This document shows, in pieces, positions 9,703 through 19,411 of a stretch of 64,000 nucleotides of DNA (positions within the stretch are counted from its first letter, which is position 1; every line of letters starts with the position of its first letter). Location of the stretch: positions 32,001 through 96,000 of the forward strand of contig JBHYGA010000006.1 of assembly GCA_051859245.1 (NCBI GenBank), given 5' to 3'. Origin of the DNA: Gemmatimonadaceae bacterium (GTDB lineage: Bacteria > Gemmatimonadota > Gemmatimonadetes > Gemmatimonadales > Gemmatimonadaceae). The notes below the pieces were generated by a model. That model ran no database searches, had not been told where the DNA came from, and saw nothing but the letters and a program-made list of their open reading frames with translations. The translations under genes and the position numbers were made by a program.

Positions 9703-11460
9703 TCATGATTTCTGGCCGGGGACGTCACCGGGTTCCGTCTTCTCGAATACGCTACCCAACGCCATCCAGATTGGCACCAGTTCCGCCAGCACGATCGCGA
9801 GTGCGATGGCAGCGGCCACCGGTACGCTCCACGCGCCCCACCACATGCGGCCGATGAACGCCATGGCCAGACCCAGCAGCGCCGGAAACACGAGCGCCAC
9901 GGCTGCAACGACCAGCGTGATGCCGAAGGTAAGCATGGTCTGGCCCATGGCTTCAAAGCCTCGGCGGTCGGTCCCCAGTTGCACCCACGCCGGATACAGA
10001 AGCGCCAGGCCGTTTTGCACGGTGAACGTGAGCAGGTTGAACATCGGAACCAGCAACAGCACGGTCAGCGCGGCTGGCCACGGCGCACCCACAAGGTCAA
10101 GCGCGCTGGCACGCGTGGATTCGTTGAAGATCGCGAAAACCACTGGCACCATCAGGAGCGCGAAGATCGTGATGGAGTGCAGGATCGACACGCCCACAAT
10201 TTCGGCGCTCACAATCGCGCGCCCACTGAGTGGCAGCGTGCGAATGGTGCCGAGGTCGCGCAGATCAAGGCGCAGATCGAATCGCGTCCACACGGGTCCG
10301 AGCTGCAACAGCATGAAGCCCCAGATCACGGTGATCGACAGCACCGCCTCGAACGGCATGCCGACAGACGCCTGTAGCGCGAGTAATGATCCGGCGAAGA
10401 CCACAATGAAAATGGCAAGTTGCCGTAACCACCCGCCGCCGCGCAGCGCCGCCGCGTGATTCTTCCACGCAATCATGATGGCGGGATGACCGAAGCGCGG
10501 GATCGGCAGAATACGGGCGACCGATCCGCGCTTGGAGCGCTTGGTGGAGAGCTGTTTGCCCGACAGGGAGGCAATAGCCTTGGCCCGTTCCTGCGACGCT
10601 TCAAGGGCCGCCTCTTCGAATGCCGCGTCGGTGCGTACTACCCACATGAAGTGCAGCAACAGTACAAGCAGCGCGGGTCCGAGAGACCACAACCACGCGG
10701 TACCTGACGTGGCGAACACGGGTGCGACCAGCGCTTGCACTGGTGCGAGTACGATGCGCGCGGCGGGGTGCTGCAAGGCATCGTGCACGGCGCCGAGCAC
10801 CGTACCAAAGCCGAGCACCCACGAGGACGTAATTGCGGGACGTGCTTGCCACAGCAGCGTGGCGATGGTGCCGAACATGACGACAAACACCATCACAGGC
10901 AAAGCAGCGCGTTTTCGTCCTGCACTGCTGTTCTGCGCGGCACTCAGTCGCACGAGGGCTGCGGCAAGCCGATGCAGCGTGAAGGTGGAGAACAGAATCC
11001 AGAGCGCGATGCCACGTTGCCAGCCTTCAATGGACGCACCGCTGCCACGCAGCAACACAACCCAAATCAGGACGTTCAGCAGAATCGCCAGTTGACCGCG
11101 CACCAGTTTGGATTGTACCAGCTCGCGTCGCGAAATGGGCGCCGGAAACAACAGGTGCACTTCTGCGGGTGTAAACGCGAGCGCCGTTCGATCGGGTTTG
11201 CTTAACCACCAGCGTGCCGACAGCAACAGCAGCACGGCCGCAACGACCGTTTCACCGGCACCGTTCGTATTGATCGAGGTAAACGGCGAAGACTCGGGAT
11301 TGCCGTTGGCCTGGACCACGAACCACAGGTACAAGCCGCCGAGCAACATGGCCACGACGTAGCGTGGTTGCCGAAGCTGCGCCTTCTGCGCGAGCACACG
11401 ATTTCGCGCGGACGCAAACCAGAGATACGTGAGTGCCGATGCCGTGGTGCGCGTGCTCAC
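9703..11460 (-). CDS. Putative ABC exporter permease
   Basis: Many TM segments, 'FTPAEVHLLFPAPISRR', 'AWKN'; GTGA overlap with the ABC ATPase. Confidence 0.85.
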   Translation of the reverse strand: MSTRTTASALTYLWFASARNRVLAQKAQLRQPRYVVAMLLGGLYLWFVVQANGNPESSPFTSINTNGAGETVVAAVLLLLSARWWLSKPDRTALAFTPAEVHLLFPAPISRRELVQSKLVRGQLAILLNVLIWVVLLRGSGASIEGWQRGIALWILFSTFTLHRLAAALVRLSAAQNSSAGRKRAALPVMVFVVMFGTIATLLWQARPAITSSWVLGFGTVLGAVHDALQHPAARIVLAPVQALVAPVFATSGTAWLWSLGPALLVLLLHFMWVVRTDAAFEEAALEASQERAKAIASLSGKQLSTKRSKRGSVARILPIPRFGHPAIMIAWKNHAAALRGGGWLRQLAIFIVVFAGSLLALQASVGMPFEAVLSITVIWGFMLLQLGPVWTRFDLRLDLRDLGTIRTLPLSGRAIVSAEIVGVSILHSITIFALLMVPVVFAIFNESTRASALDLVGAPWPAALTVLLLVPMFNLLTFTVQNGLALLYPAWVQLGTDRRGFEAMGQTMLTFGITLVVAAVALVFPALLGLAMAFIGRMWWGAWSVPVAAAIALAIVLAELVPIWMALGSVFEKTEPGDVPGQKS

Positions 11461-12266
11461 TCGTCGCGCGCAGGCATGTGTTCAACCGCGACTGGCGTGG
11501 TCTCGGTGGACGCGTCCGCGCGCGTCGCGGTGTCTGCACTGTGCGGGTCAGTGCCGGTGAGCGCAATGAACATGTCTTCCAGCGACAAGCCCGCGAGCTC
11601 CGGACGTTCGGCCACGATCTCCGGGATCGTGCCGTACGCCACTCGTTCGCCACGGCGGATCACGAGCAGACGCGTGCACAACTCCTGCACCAGATGCAGC
11701 AGATGTGAACTGAGAATGACGGCGGAGCCTGCGCGCGCTCGCGCCGCAATCGTTGCTTTCATGCGCCGAATACCAACTGGATCAAGCCCAGTGAGTGGTT
11801 CGTCAAGCATGAGGGCGACAGGATCGTGCAGCAATCCGCACGCAATCGCGAGCTTTTGTTTCATACCACGCGAGAGTTCCGTAGGCAGCGCGTCGCGTTT
11901 TGCATCGAGTTCGAGTTCAACGAGCAGCGGATCAATTCGCGACTCCGCATCGCGAACACGATAGAGCCGCGCCATGAACCGGAGATGCTCAACAACCGTG
12001 AGATACTCAAAGAGTTGCGGTTCATCGGGAATGAACGCGAGGTGACGCTTGGCTTCGACCGGATGCGCGACGAGATCAATACCGTTGACACGGATCGTGC
12101 CCGATGTGGGCTGCAGAATCCCTGCAAGCGCACGCAACGTGCTGGTTTTTCCTGCACCGTTCGGGCCAACAAGTCCGAGCACATCACCCGGAGCAACGGT
12201 AAACGACAAGTTGTGTACTGCGCGAAAATCGCCGTAAAGTTTGTTGTATTGCGAAACTTCAATCAC
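11457..12266 (-). CDS. ABC transporter ATP-binding protein
   Basis: Walker A GPNGAGKTS, signature LSRGMKQK, Walker B LMLDEP, H-loop SSH; GTG start overlapping upstream stop. Confidence 0.95.
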   Translation of the reverse strand: MIEVSQYNKLYGDFRAVHNLSFTVAPGDVLGLVGPNGAGKTSTLRALAGILQPTSGTIRVNGIDLVAHPVEAKRHLAFIPDEPQLFEYLTVVEHLRFMARLYRVRDAESRIDPLLVELELDAKRDALPTELSRGMKQKLAIACGLLHDPVALMLDEPLTGLDPVGIRRMKATIAARARAGSAVILSSHLLHLVQELCTRLLVIRRGERVAYGTIPEIVAERPELAGLSLEDMFIALTGTDPHSADTATRADASTETTPVAVEHMPARDE

Positions 12267-13183
12267 ACGCCCGTTCCGTTCGTAAGCAGTGGTTCCGTGA
12301 GCACCACACGAACAGTACCACCGGCCGCGAGACATCGCTCGGTCGTTCCGCCACGTCGCGCTGCTACAGTCCCGGCCGCCGCACCACCCGCGGCGCCAAT
12401 CACGGCACCCTTGGTGTCGCCACCCAGAATGCGTCCGGCAATCGCGCCAGCAATCGCGCCGCCAATGATTTTGGCTTTATCGTTGCCACCGGCAACACGC
12501 GCGTTGCTGAGCTCGCTTTCGATCGCGGCGGTGGCAGTCACCGGTAACAGTGCACCATCTATTGAAACGGACAGCACGCGAAAAGTGAGTGTGCTATCAG
12601 TCGCTGTAGCGAGCTCAAGCAGAACGGGTGTGCCCGCCGCCAAGCGTACGCCGTCCGCACCCGCCACATCGCTGGCGAGTCGCATCACCACACGATCGCC
12701 GGGTCGATTGGTGGTGTTGCACACGCGAGTGCCGGTCGCTCCAACCAGCGCGGTACCCGCGCCGAGCATGGCGCGTCGTGCGGGTGCGGGAGCCGGCGCG
12801 TTGACCGGCGCAGGTTCTGCGCTGGGCGCAGGTGCGGGCGCGGTCTCAACCACATCGGGCGTTGGCGCTGGACGCGGCGTTGTGGACTGGGGGCGCGCTG
12901 CTGGAACGCGCGCCGGTGATGGCGCCCGTGACGGCGGTGCCACCGGCGAAACGACAGGCGTTGGCGTGCGCTCGGAGGTGGCCGTGTCGCCGAAAGTGGA
13001 CAACGGTGTGGTGGACGGCGCCGTGGCAAGACTCAAGTCGCGCTCGAGCGCGGGATCGAGTGACGATGCCCGGTCGCCGGACGTCTCGCACGCAGAGAGC
13101 GCGCACACGATTCCCGCGAAAAAGAGGCCTCGCGTAAACGGCTGAGCACGATTGGCGAAAAAAGCCACGCTTTTGTTCATCAT
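12263..13183 (-). CDS. Pro-rich lipoprotein with C-terminal glycine-zipper
   Basis: Lipobox LSA/C, Pro/Thr/Ala linker, GGAIAGAIAG...GAAGGAAAG zipper. Confidence 0.8.
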   Translation of the reverse strand: MMNKSVAFFANRAQPFTRGLFFAGIVCALSACETSGDRASSLDPALERDLSLATAPSTTPLSTFGDTATSERTPTPVVSPVAPPSRAPSPARVPAARPQSTTPRPAPTPDVVETAPAPAPSAEPAPVNAPAPAPARRAMLGAGTALVGATGTRVCNTTNRPGDRVVMRLASDVAGADGVRLAAGTPVLLELATATDSTLTFRVLSVSIDGALLPVTATAAIESELSNARVAGGNDKAKIIGGAIAGAIAGRILGGDTKGAVIGAAGGAAAGTVAARRGGTTERCLAAGGTVRVVLTEPLLTNGTGV

Positions 13184-13298
13184 GTGACGATACTCCCTCT
13201 GAGAGCGCGCCGCGACTGCCGTGATCCACGCGGGCGTAGCTCCACTACTCGCCGCGAGCGTTCGCGGTTCCGATTGCCACTTCCCGAGACACCGCCGC

Positions 13299-14555
13299 AT
13301 GGCATCTTCGTCGCTGCCACTTCCACCGACTGCACAGGACGTCTGCCTCGCTCGGCAGCCGATCTTTGACCTGGGCAATCGGTGTGTGGCCTACGAGCTG
13401 CTCTATCGCGCCAACGCGGTGTCGACGAGCGCCGGCGGTTTTTCGGTGGACGCCATGTGCAGCGACACAGCCTTGCATGCGGTCGTGTCGATCGGACTGG
13501 ATCGGCTGACCGCCGGTGCGCCCGCGTGGATCAATCTGGGGCGCGAACACCTCGTGGCAGATCTATACCGGGTGTTCAATCCGCGCGAAGTCGTGCTCGA
13601 ACTGCTCGAAACCATCACGCCCGATCAGCAGGTCATTGACGCGTGCCGGCGTGCGGTGAGCGAAGGCTACACCATCGCGCTCGATGATTTCGAAGGAAAG
13701 TCATCGTGGGTGCCGCTGCTCGAAATCGCGTCGATCGTCAAGGTAGATGTGCTGGGACATGATGCGGTCAGTCTGTCCTCGTTCATTGCACCGCTGCGTC
13801 GCTACACACATCTCACGCTGCTGGCCGAGCGGGTGGAAACCGGATCCATGCGCGTGCTCTGCGCAAAGCTCGGATTCAGTCTGTTTCAGGGCTACTACTT
13901 CAGCCGACCGGAAACCCTCGGCGGACGCGCACTGTCGCTGCAACAAGTGACGATTGCCAATCTGCTGCAGCTGTTGAGCGATCCCGAAGTGAGTGAGCGT
14001 GCGCTTGACGAGGCGTTTGGATCGCACCCGTCGTTATCATACGCCCTGCTGCGCATTGTAAACTCGGCAAGTCTTGGCTTTCGGAATGTCGAATCCATTC
14101 CGTACGCGGTACAACTGCTCGGCCGCGCTGCGCTCTCGCGCTGGCTGCTGATCCTGCTCGTGTCGGGTGTCGCGTCGCGCAATCCGATTGCACAGGAAGC
14201 CGTGAAGCACGCGCTGGTACGCGCACGGTTCTGCGAGATCGTGACAGCGGCAACCGGATCCGGCGATCCGTCGGCGCGATTCCTTGTGGGATTGCTGTCG
14301 CGCTTTGATGTGTTGCTGGGCCTGCCAATGACAGAGGTGCTTGATCGACTGCCGGTCAGTGCCGATGTGCGCGACGCGCTGCTCCACGGCGTGGGCCCAC
14401 ACGCCCATGTGCTCTCGCTGATTGAAGCGTACGAGCACGCTGCGTGGGAGACGGTATCGGAGTTGGGCGCAACGACCGGCGCGTCGCTCGGCGAAGCGTA
14501 CGTGCAGGCCGTAACGTGGGCCGAATCGCGCCTGTCGGTAAGCCCAACGCCGTAA
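13299..14555 (+). CDS. EAL and HDOD domain protein (YuxH/PdeH-like c-di-GMP phosphodiesterase)
   Basis: ARQPIFD, AYELLYR, IALDDF, AERVE, LFQGYYF, then HDOD (LSYALLRIVNS, FLVGLLS). Confidence 0.9.
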   Translation: MASSSLPLPPTAQDVCLARQPIFDLGNRCVAYELLYRANAVSTSAGGFSVDAMCSDTALHAVVSIGLDRLTAGAPAWINLGREHLVADLYRVFNPREVVLELLETITPDQQVIDACRRAVSEGYTIALDDFEGKSSWVPLLEIASIVKVDVLGHDAVSLSSFIAPLRRYTHLTLLAERVETGSMRVLCAKLGFSLFQGYYFSRPETLGGRALSLQQVTIANLLQLLSDPEVSERALDEAFGSHPSLSYALLRIVNSASLGFRNVESIPYAVQLLGRAALSRWLLILLVSGVASRNPIAQEAVKHALVRARFCEIVTAATGSGDPSARFLVGLLSRFDVLLGLPMTEVLDRLPVSADVRDALLHGVGPHAHVLSLIEAYEHAAWETVSELGATTGASLGEAYVQAVTWAESRLSVSPTP

Positions 14556-14598
14556 ACGTTTGCTGACGGTTGGTGAACGCTAACAACGTCCCGCGTGT

Positions 14599-15474
14599 TT
14601 ACGGGGTTTTGGCGTTCGACGAACCTGACGGAGGACTCGGCGCCTCAACGGCCGGCGGTCCCTGTTCGATCGGTGCGTCGCCAACGACCCCTTCCGGCAC
14701 ATTGGTGAACGGAAGCAGCAGCGAAATACGACGATTCGCCGGCGCCGACGGATCATTGGGCACGCGCAGTCGCTTGTCGGCGTACCCGCGCACTTCGACC
14801 AGACGTTCCTGTCCAACACCAGACGCTTCCAGAACTCGACGAGCCGCGTTTGCACGATCCGAGCTTAGCTCCCAGTTCGTGTACGAGGCATCAGGGCTGA
14901 ACTTCGCGGCGTCGGTGTGTCCTTCCAGCACGATCGGATGTGAGAGTGTAGACAGTTCACTGCCCACCACTTGCAACACGAGCGCGATCGCCGGCTTGAT
15001 CGTGGCGGAGCCAAGCGGGAAATACACATCGCCGGCGCCACTTTCGATCAGCTCGATGCGCAGACCTTCGCTCGTGACGGCCACTTCAACGTCCGCCTTG
15101 AGCTTGGCGAGCGAGTCGTTGGCCTGCAGCTTGGCCAGAATGCGCTGTTTGGCGGCCTCGAATGTTTTTTCTTCATTGGCGCGAACCACCAGGCGCAGCG
15201 GCGTACGTTGCATGGTCGTGATGGTAGAGCCCACGGCAATCGGGCTTGATCCCGCACCGTAGCCTTTGCGATAGCCAACGGGATTCGAGAAGTAGCCCTC
15301 GATCGCGGACTTGGTCTGGTCGTCCATGCCAAGAATCCACATCACCATGAAGAAGGCCATCATCGCGGTCACGAAGTCGGCGTATGCCACTTTCCACGAA
15401 CCACCATGGTGGCCGCCGTGCCCGGCGACCTTCTTCTTGACGATGACGATTTTCTTGCCGCCGCGAGCTGACAT
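14599..15474 (-). CDS. motB: Flagellar stator protein MotB
   Basis: HGGSWKVAYADFVTAMMAFF; OmpA-like domain EGHTD, NWELSSDRA, NRRI. Confidence 0.96.
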   Translation of the reverse strand: MSARGGKKIVIVKKKVAGHGGHHGGSWKVAYADFVTAMMAFFMVMWILGMDDQTKSAIEGYFSNPVGYRKGYGAGSSPIAVGSTITTMQRTPLRLVVRANEEKTFEAAKQRILAKLQANDSLAKLKADVEVAVTSEGLRIELIESGAGDVYFPLGSATIKPAIALVLQVVGSELSTLSHPIVLEGHTDAAKFSPDASYTNWELSSDRANAARRVLEASGVGQERLVEVRGYADKRLRVPNDPSAPANRRISLLLPFTNVPEGVVGDAPIEQGPPAVEAPSPPSGSSNAKTP

Positions 15475-15476
15475 GC

Positions 15477-16334
15477 TTAGGCCGCCTTCTTGCGCGTCAT
15501 TTCTTCGAGCTCCGAGAAGCTAGGACGCTCGTGTGGCTCGACGTTGCGACGGGCGAACTCTACTGCGGTCATGGGCGCATCGCCGCGGGCAAACGAGAGC
15601 AGAGCGGTACGGATGCACAACATGTAATCGTTCTCCGCGTGAATCCGTGACGTGATCGCCGCAGCGATTGGGCTGAGCAATCCGTAAGCGAGAAGGATTC
15701 CGAGAAACGTGCCTACAAGTGCAGCAGCAACCTTCTGTCCGATCTCTGCGGCCTCACCACCGATTGACCCCATGGTGATGATGACGCCGAGCACGGCGGC
15801 TACGATGCCGAAGCCCGGCATGGCGTCGCTTACAGCAGAGACCGCTTGCGGCACCTTCATTGCTTCGTGATGATGTTTCTCGAGATCGAGGTCGAGGATT
15901 TCCGCGAGGTTGTGGTCTTCAACGGCGCCGGTCAGCAGCACTTTGAGTGTGTCACACAACAATGACACCGCATGATGATTGTTAAGAAATGAGGGATACT
16001 TCTGAAAAATGTCGGACGCTTTTGGATCTTCAATGTGTGCTTCAAGTCCAACGAGTCCGTCCTTTCGTGCCTTCTGAAAGATTTCGTAAAGAACCTGCAG
16101 CAGTTCGGCGTACGCTTGCGCGCCGAACGGGGTAGGCTTCACGAGTGCCACTAATTGTCCGATTGTAGCTTTGATGACTGCCGGAGGGTTCGCAGCAATG
16201 AGTGCGCCGAGTCCGGCACCACCAATGATCACGAACTCGCTGGGCTGAATCAAAACTGCCAGTTGGCCGTGGTGCATGACGTAGCCACCCAGCACGGCAC
16301 CGAAGACGATGACTAATCCGATAATGACGATCAC
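15477..16334 (-). CDS. motA: Flagellar stator protein MotA
   Basis: ARKDGLVGLE, PGFGIVAAVLGV, AALVGTFLGI; adjacent to motB. Confidence 0.96.
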   Translation of the reverse strand: MIVIIGLVIVFGAVLGGYVMHHGQLAVLIQPSEFVIIGGAGLGALIAANPPAVIKATIGQLVALVKPTPFGAQAYAELLQVLYEIFQKARKDGLVGLEAHIEDPKASDIFQKYPSFLNNHHAVSLLCDTLKVLLTGAVEDHNLAEILDLDLEKHHHEAMKVPQAVSAVSDAMPGFGIVAAVLGVIITMGSIGGEAAEIGQKVAAALVGTFLGILLAYGLLSPIAAAITSRIHAENDYMLCIRTALLSFARGDAPMTAVEFARRNVEPHERPSFSELEEMTRKKAA

Positions 16335-16367
16335 GCGGTCGTACCTGAGCCTGAGTGGTGATTACAC

Positions 16368-17102
16368 ATGGCGGTTCGCCAGATGAGTGGTGTCCAGGGG
16401 ACGCCCAATGATGCGAGTGGAGATGGGCTGCCAGCGCTGAGTACCGGTCCCGAAAACGGACTGGCCATGGCGCGCTCGCGTTGGCTCGATCTGCACGACG
16501 AGTTGTTGCGCGGAGTGACGCATGCGCTGAGCAATCGCATTGCGACCCTCTCGGCGAGTGCGTACATGCTGGAATTCGAAGACGTGAGCTGCTCGCAGGC
16601 CGCTGAATCGCTGCGGCAGGAAACCGATCGCATGGACAGCCTGCTGCAGTTGCTGCGACTGCTGCCGTCCCGCGACGATGCCGCGTTCGAACCGGTGGTC
16701 GCGGCCGACGTCGTTGAACAGGCCGTTGCCTTGCACGCCCATCACTGCGACTTGCGCGATGTGGTGGTTGAAGTGCGTACGGATGCCGACGTGCTGCCCG
16801 TGTGGGTAGAGCCGCACACGCTCATGCAAGCGCTGCTGCTCGCGCTGAGCGCGGCGAAGCGCACGGCGTTCCCGCACATGCTCGGCGTGCAGTTGCACGT
16901 GCATGGTGACGCTGATGTCGTGCGATTCAGTGTGTACCCGGACGCTGTCGTGGCCAACGTTGATACGCTGCGAACCGCGCTCGACGCCGGTGCCGCAGAC
17001 CGCAGTCTGCAATCCGCGCTCGGCAGTGCCCAGGCTCGCGCGGACGGTGGCTGTGAGCTCACCCTCCCCACGCTGCCAGCCGCGCGACGCGCGGGTCGGT
17101 GA
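16368..17102 (+). CDS. Histidine-kinase-like protein with H-box but degenerate ATP-binding domain (alternative start 16467)
   Basis: LRGVTHALSNRIATL (H-box-like), PHTLMQALLLALSAAKR (N-box position lacking Asn), GGCELTLP (terminal CA-domain strand). Confidence 0.6.
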   Translation: MAVRQMSGVQGTPNDASGDGLPALSTGPENGLAMARSRWLDLHDELLRGVTHALSNRIATLSASAYMLEFEDVSCSQAAESLRQETDRMDSLLQLLRLLPSRDDAAFEPVVAADVVEQAVALHAHHCDLRDVVVEVRTDADVLPVWVEPHTLMQALLLALSAAKRTAFPHMLGVQLHVHGDADVVRFSVYPDAVVANVDTLRTALDAGAADRSLQSALGSAQARADGGCELTLPTLPAARRAGR

Positions 17103-17125
17103 CACGACGGCGGTTCGCACAAACA

Positions 17126-17401
17126 TCAGGTTGCAACCTTCGGAGTATTGACCGCGGGCGTGGTGGGCTTGGCGCCACGCGGGGCGGCGCCAAGTGATGC
17201 GAGCCACGAGCTATCAGCGGGGACCGTCGCGCGCTGATTTTCACTCGCGACGGACTGTGCGATTTCGCCGCGCAGAATTCGCAGCTCGGCGGGCGCTTCA
17301 ATGCCGAGGCGCACGCCGCCCTTGTCGCAGGCCACCACCACAATGCGAATGCCGCCCTCAATGAGGATCGATTCGCCTTCTTTTCTGCCGAGTACGAGCA
17401 T
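17126..17401 (-). CDS. csrA: Carbon storage regulator CsrA
   Basis: MLVLGRKEGESILI...VRLGIEAP..LRILRGEI. Confidence 0.93.
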   Translation of the reverse strand: MLVLGRKEGESILIEGGIRIVVVACDKGGVRLGIEAPAELRILRGEIAQSVASENQRATVPADSSWLASLGAAPRGAKPTTPAVNTPKVAT

Positions 17402-17415
17402 GTGTGATCGCTCCG

Positions 17416-18864
17416 TCAGATGAGATTGAGGAGCGTCTGCAGCATTTCGTCGGCCGTTTTCACCAGCTTGGTGGCGGCGACATACGATTGCTGCACGCGC
17501 ATGAGTTGAATGAGTTCTTCGTCGGTGCTCACACCGCTCACGGACTGCCGGCGCGAATCCGCCTGGTCAACCAGAATGGTGCGAACCGAGCTGTCGTCGG
17601 TCGCGCCGCGTACATCGAGGCCGAGTCGCGTGACCGTCGTTCGGAAGAACGTGGCGAAGCCGGTGTTTTCGGTTTGGCCGTTCGGACCAGTGTACGAAAT
17701 CGCCGAGCTGTTGTTGCGGAGCGCGCTGAGTGCGAGCGCGACACTGTTGTCGAGCGGCGCGTTGGCGTTGCCCGATGACGCGATGTTAGCCGGATCGTTT
17801 GCGACATCGGCGAACAGTTTGATGGTGCCGGCGCGTACCGGATCACCAACCGTGCCCGGATCAAAGAAATCGCCTGCTGCGGTGCCGGGAATCGCGTTGC
17901 CGCTAAACACAAAGCCGGCGGAGTGCGCCGTGTTGACCGCGCTGACGATCGTGGACGCCATGGTATCGAGGCGGCCGCGCAGTGTGGGCACGTCGGTGTT
18001 GATCACGTCCACGAGACCCTTGAGCTCACCGGCCAGTGGCGCAAGTCGGTCCACGCTGTTGCCCAGGCGAAGACGCACTGGAATGTCTGACGGCGTAACC
18101 GCTGGCGGTGGCACCGGCGGGTCCATTTCCAGCTTGAGTGGACGTGCCGACGTACCATCAACGAGTGTGGAGTTCGCCACCATCACGGTAATCGAACCAT
18201 CGCGCTGCGGCTCGGCGCGCGCGCCGACCATTCGCGACAAGTCGTCGATCAACAGATCACGCTGGTCTCGCAAATCGGACGCGACCGTGCCAGTGGCTTC
18301 AGCCGTCGTGATGCGACCATTCAGTTCGGCAACCTGCTCGGCAAACTGATTGACCTGCGAGACAAGCGCGTCGAGTCGAGACGTGACCTGTTCGCGTGTC
18401 TGTGTGAGCTGCGTATCGTAATCGTTGAACAGCTGCGCCAGCTGCTTGCCGCGCTGCTGCACAACGGCTTTCGCAGAAAGACTGCCGGGTGATGTGGCGA
18501 GATCGCTGAACGACGCCCAGAACTGATCGAGTGACGCTGACATGCCAGCGTCGGCCGGTTCACCAAAGATTCCTTCCACCTGCGACAACAAGTCACGACG
18601 AGTGGTGGACTCGCCAAGCAGGCTTGAGGCGGTGCGAAATGACTGATCGAGCAGCGCGTCACGCTGACGTTCGATGCCGTTGAACGCGACACCGGTTCCG
18701 ATGTTGCCATACGGCATACGGATTGGCGTGTTGGCGGACAACAGCGGACGTTGCCGTGAAAAGCCCGGCGTCTCCGCGTTCGCCACGTTGTGCGACACCA
18801 CCTGGAGCGAAGTCTGGTGTGCCAGCAGCGCGGTACGGGCAATGCTGAAGAGGCCGGAAGACAT
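17416..18864 (-). CDS. flgK: Flagellar hook-associated protein 1
   Basis: SHNVANAETPGFSRQ, LRDQRD, SGVSTDEELIQLMRVQQSY. Confidence 0.95.
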   Translation of the reverse strand: MSSGLFSIARTALLAHQTSLQVVSHNVANAETPGFSRQRPLLSANTPIRMPYGNIGTGVAFNGIERQRDALLDQSFRTASSLLGESTTRRDLLSQVEGIFGEPADAGMSASLDQFWASFSDLATSPGSLSAKAVVQQRGKQLAQLFNDYDTQLTQTREQVTSRLDALVSQVNQFAEQVAELNGRITTAEATGTVASDLRDQRDLLIDDLSRMVGARAEPQRDGSITVMVANSTLVDGTSARPLKLEMDPPVPPPAVTPSDIPVRLRLGNSVDRLAPLAGELKGLVDVINTDVPTLRGRLDTMASTIVSAVNTAHSAGFVFSGNAIPGTAAGDFFDPGTVGDPVRAGTIKLFADVANDPANIASSGNANAPLDNSVALALSALRNNSSAISYTGPNGQTENTGFATFFRTTVTRLGLDVRGATDDSSVRTILVDQADSRRQSVSGVSTDEELIQLMRVQQSYVAATKLVKTADEMLQTLLNLI

Positions 18865-18868
18865 GGTA

Positions 18869-19411
18869 TCAGACCGTTCGGTTAACGACGAGTCCGCGCG
18901 GCTGCGACGTTGCGGGTGCACCGCCTTCTGCCGCGTAGGTTGTGGGCGTAGTGGGTTCGCCTGACATCACGCGCACCTGCTGCGTGTTGTGGGCGAGCGC
19001 TTCACGCAACAGCTTGCGATTCATTCCCACTTCACGTGAGAGCGTATCGGCAGCCGCTTGCAAACGGACGCGCGCTTCGCGCAGGCGATCGTCGACCTGT
19101 GCGCCAAGTCGCGCTTCGAGATCACGCAGTGGCATATCGGCTGTGCCACCGAGCAGCTCGTTCAGTTGACGACGACGCTGACGCGCCTGGCCAAGCGTGG
19201 CCAGAATGCGGTGCGTTGCGAAGACACTTTCGTCGACGCTGTCGATATCATCAGCGCCAACGGCGCTGCGCTGCCGGCGCATTTGCACGACAAGATCGTC
19301 CAGCAGTCGACGCTCAGTGGAGAGCGCGTCGTGCAGGGCTTCGAGCATGGCCGGCGCGATCTGCGAGTAGGCCATGGAAGCGGGTTCGGCGGTGAGCAGA
19401 GCTGGAGACAT
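18869..19411 (-). CDS. flgN: Flagellar export chaperone FlgN
   Basis: Helical protein between flgJ and flgK, 'NRKLL' motif, C-terminal 'VVNRTV'; TGATG coupling to flgJ. Confidence 0.8.
   Translation of the reverse strand: MSPALLTAEPASMAYSQIAPAMLEALHDALSTERRLLDDLVVQMRRQRSAVGADDIDSVDESVFATHRILATLGQARQRRRQLNELLGGTADMPLRDLEARLGAQVDDRLREARVRLQAAADTLSREVGMNRKLLREALAHNTQQVRVMSGEPTTPTTYAAEGGAPATSQPRGLVVNRTV

Noticed and set aside
11826..13145. 439 aa plus-strand ORF and many similar long antisense ORFs
   Set aside because: They overlap well-supported opposite-strand genes; long shadow ORFs are expected at this GC content.
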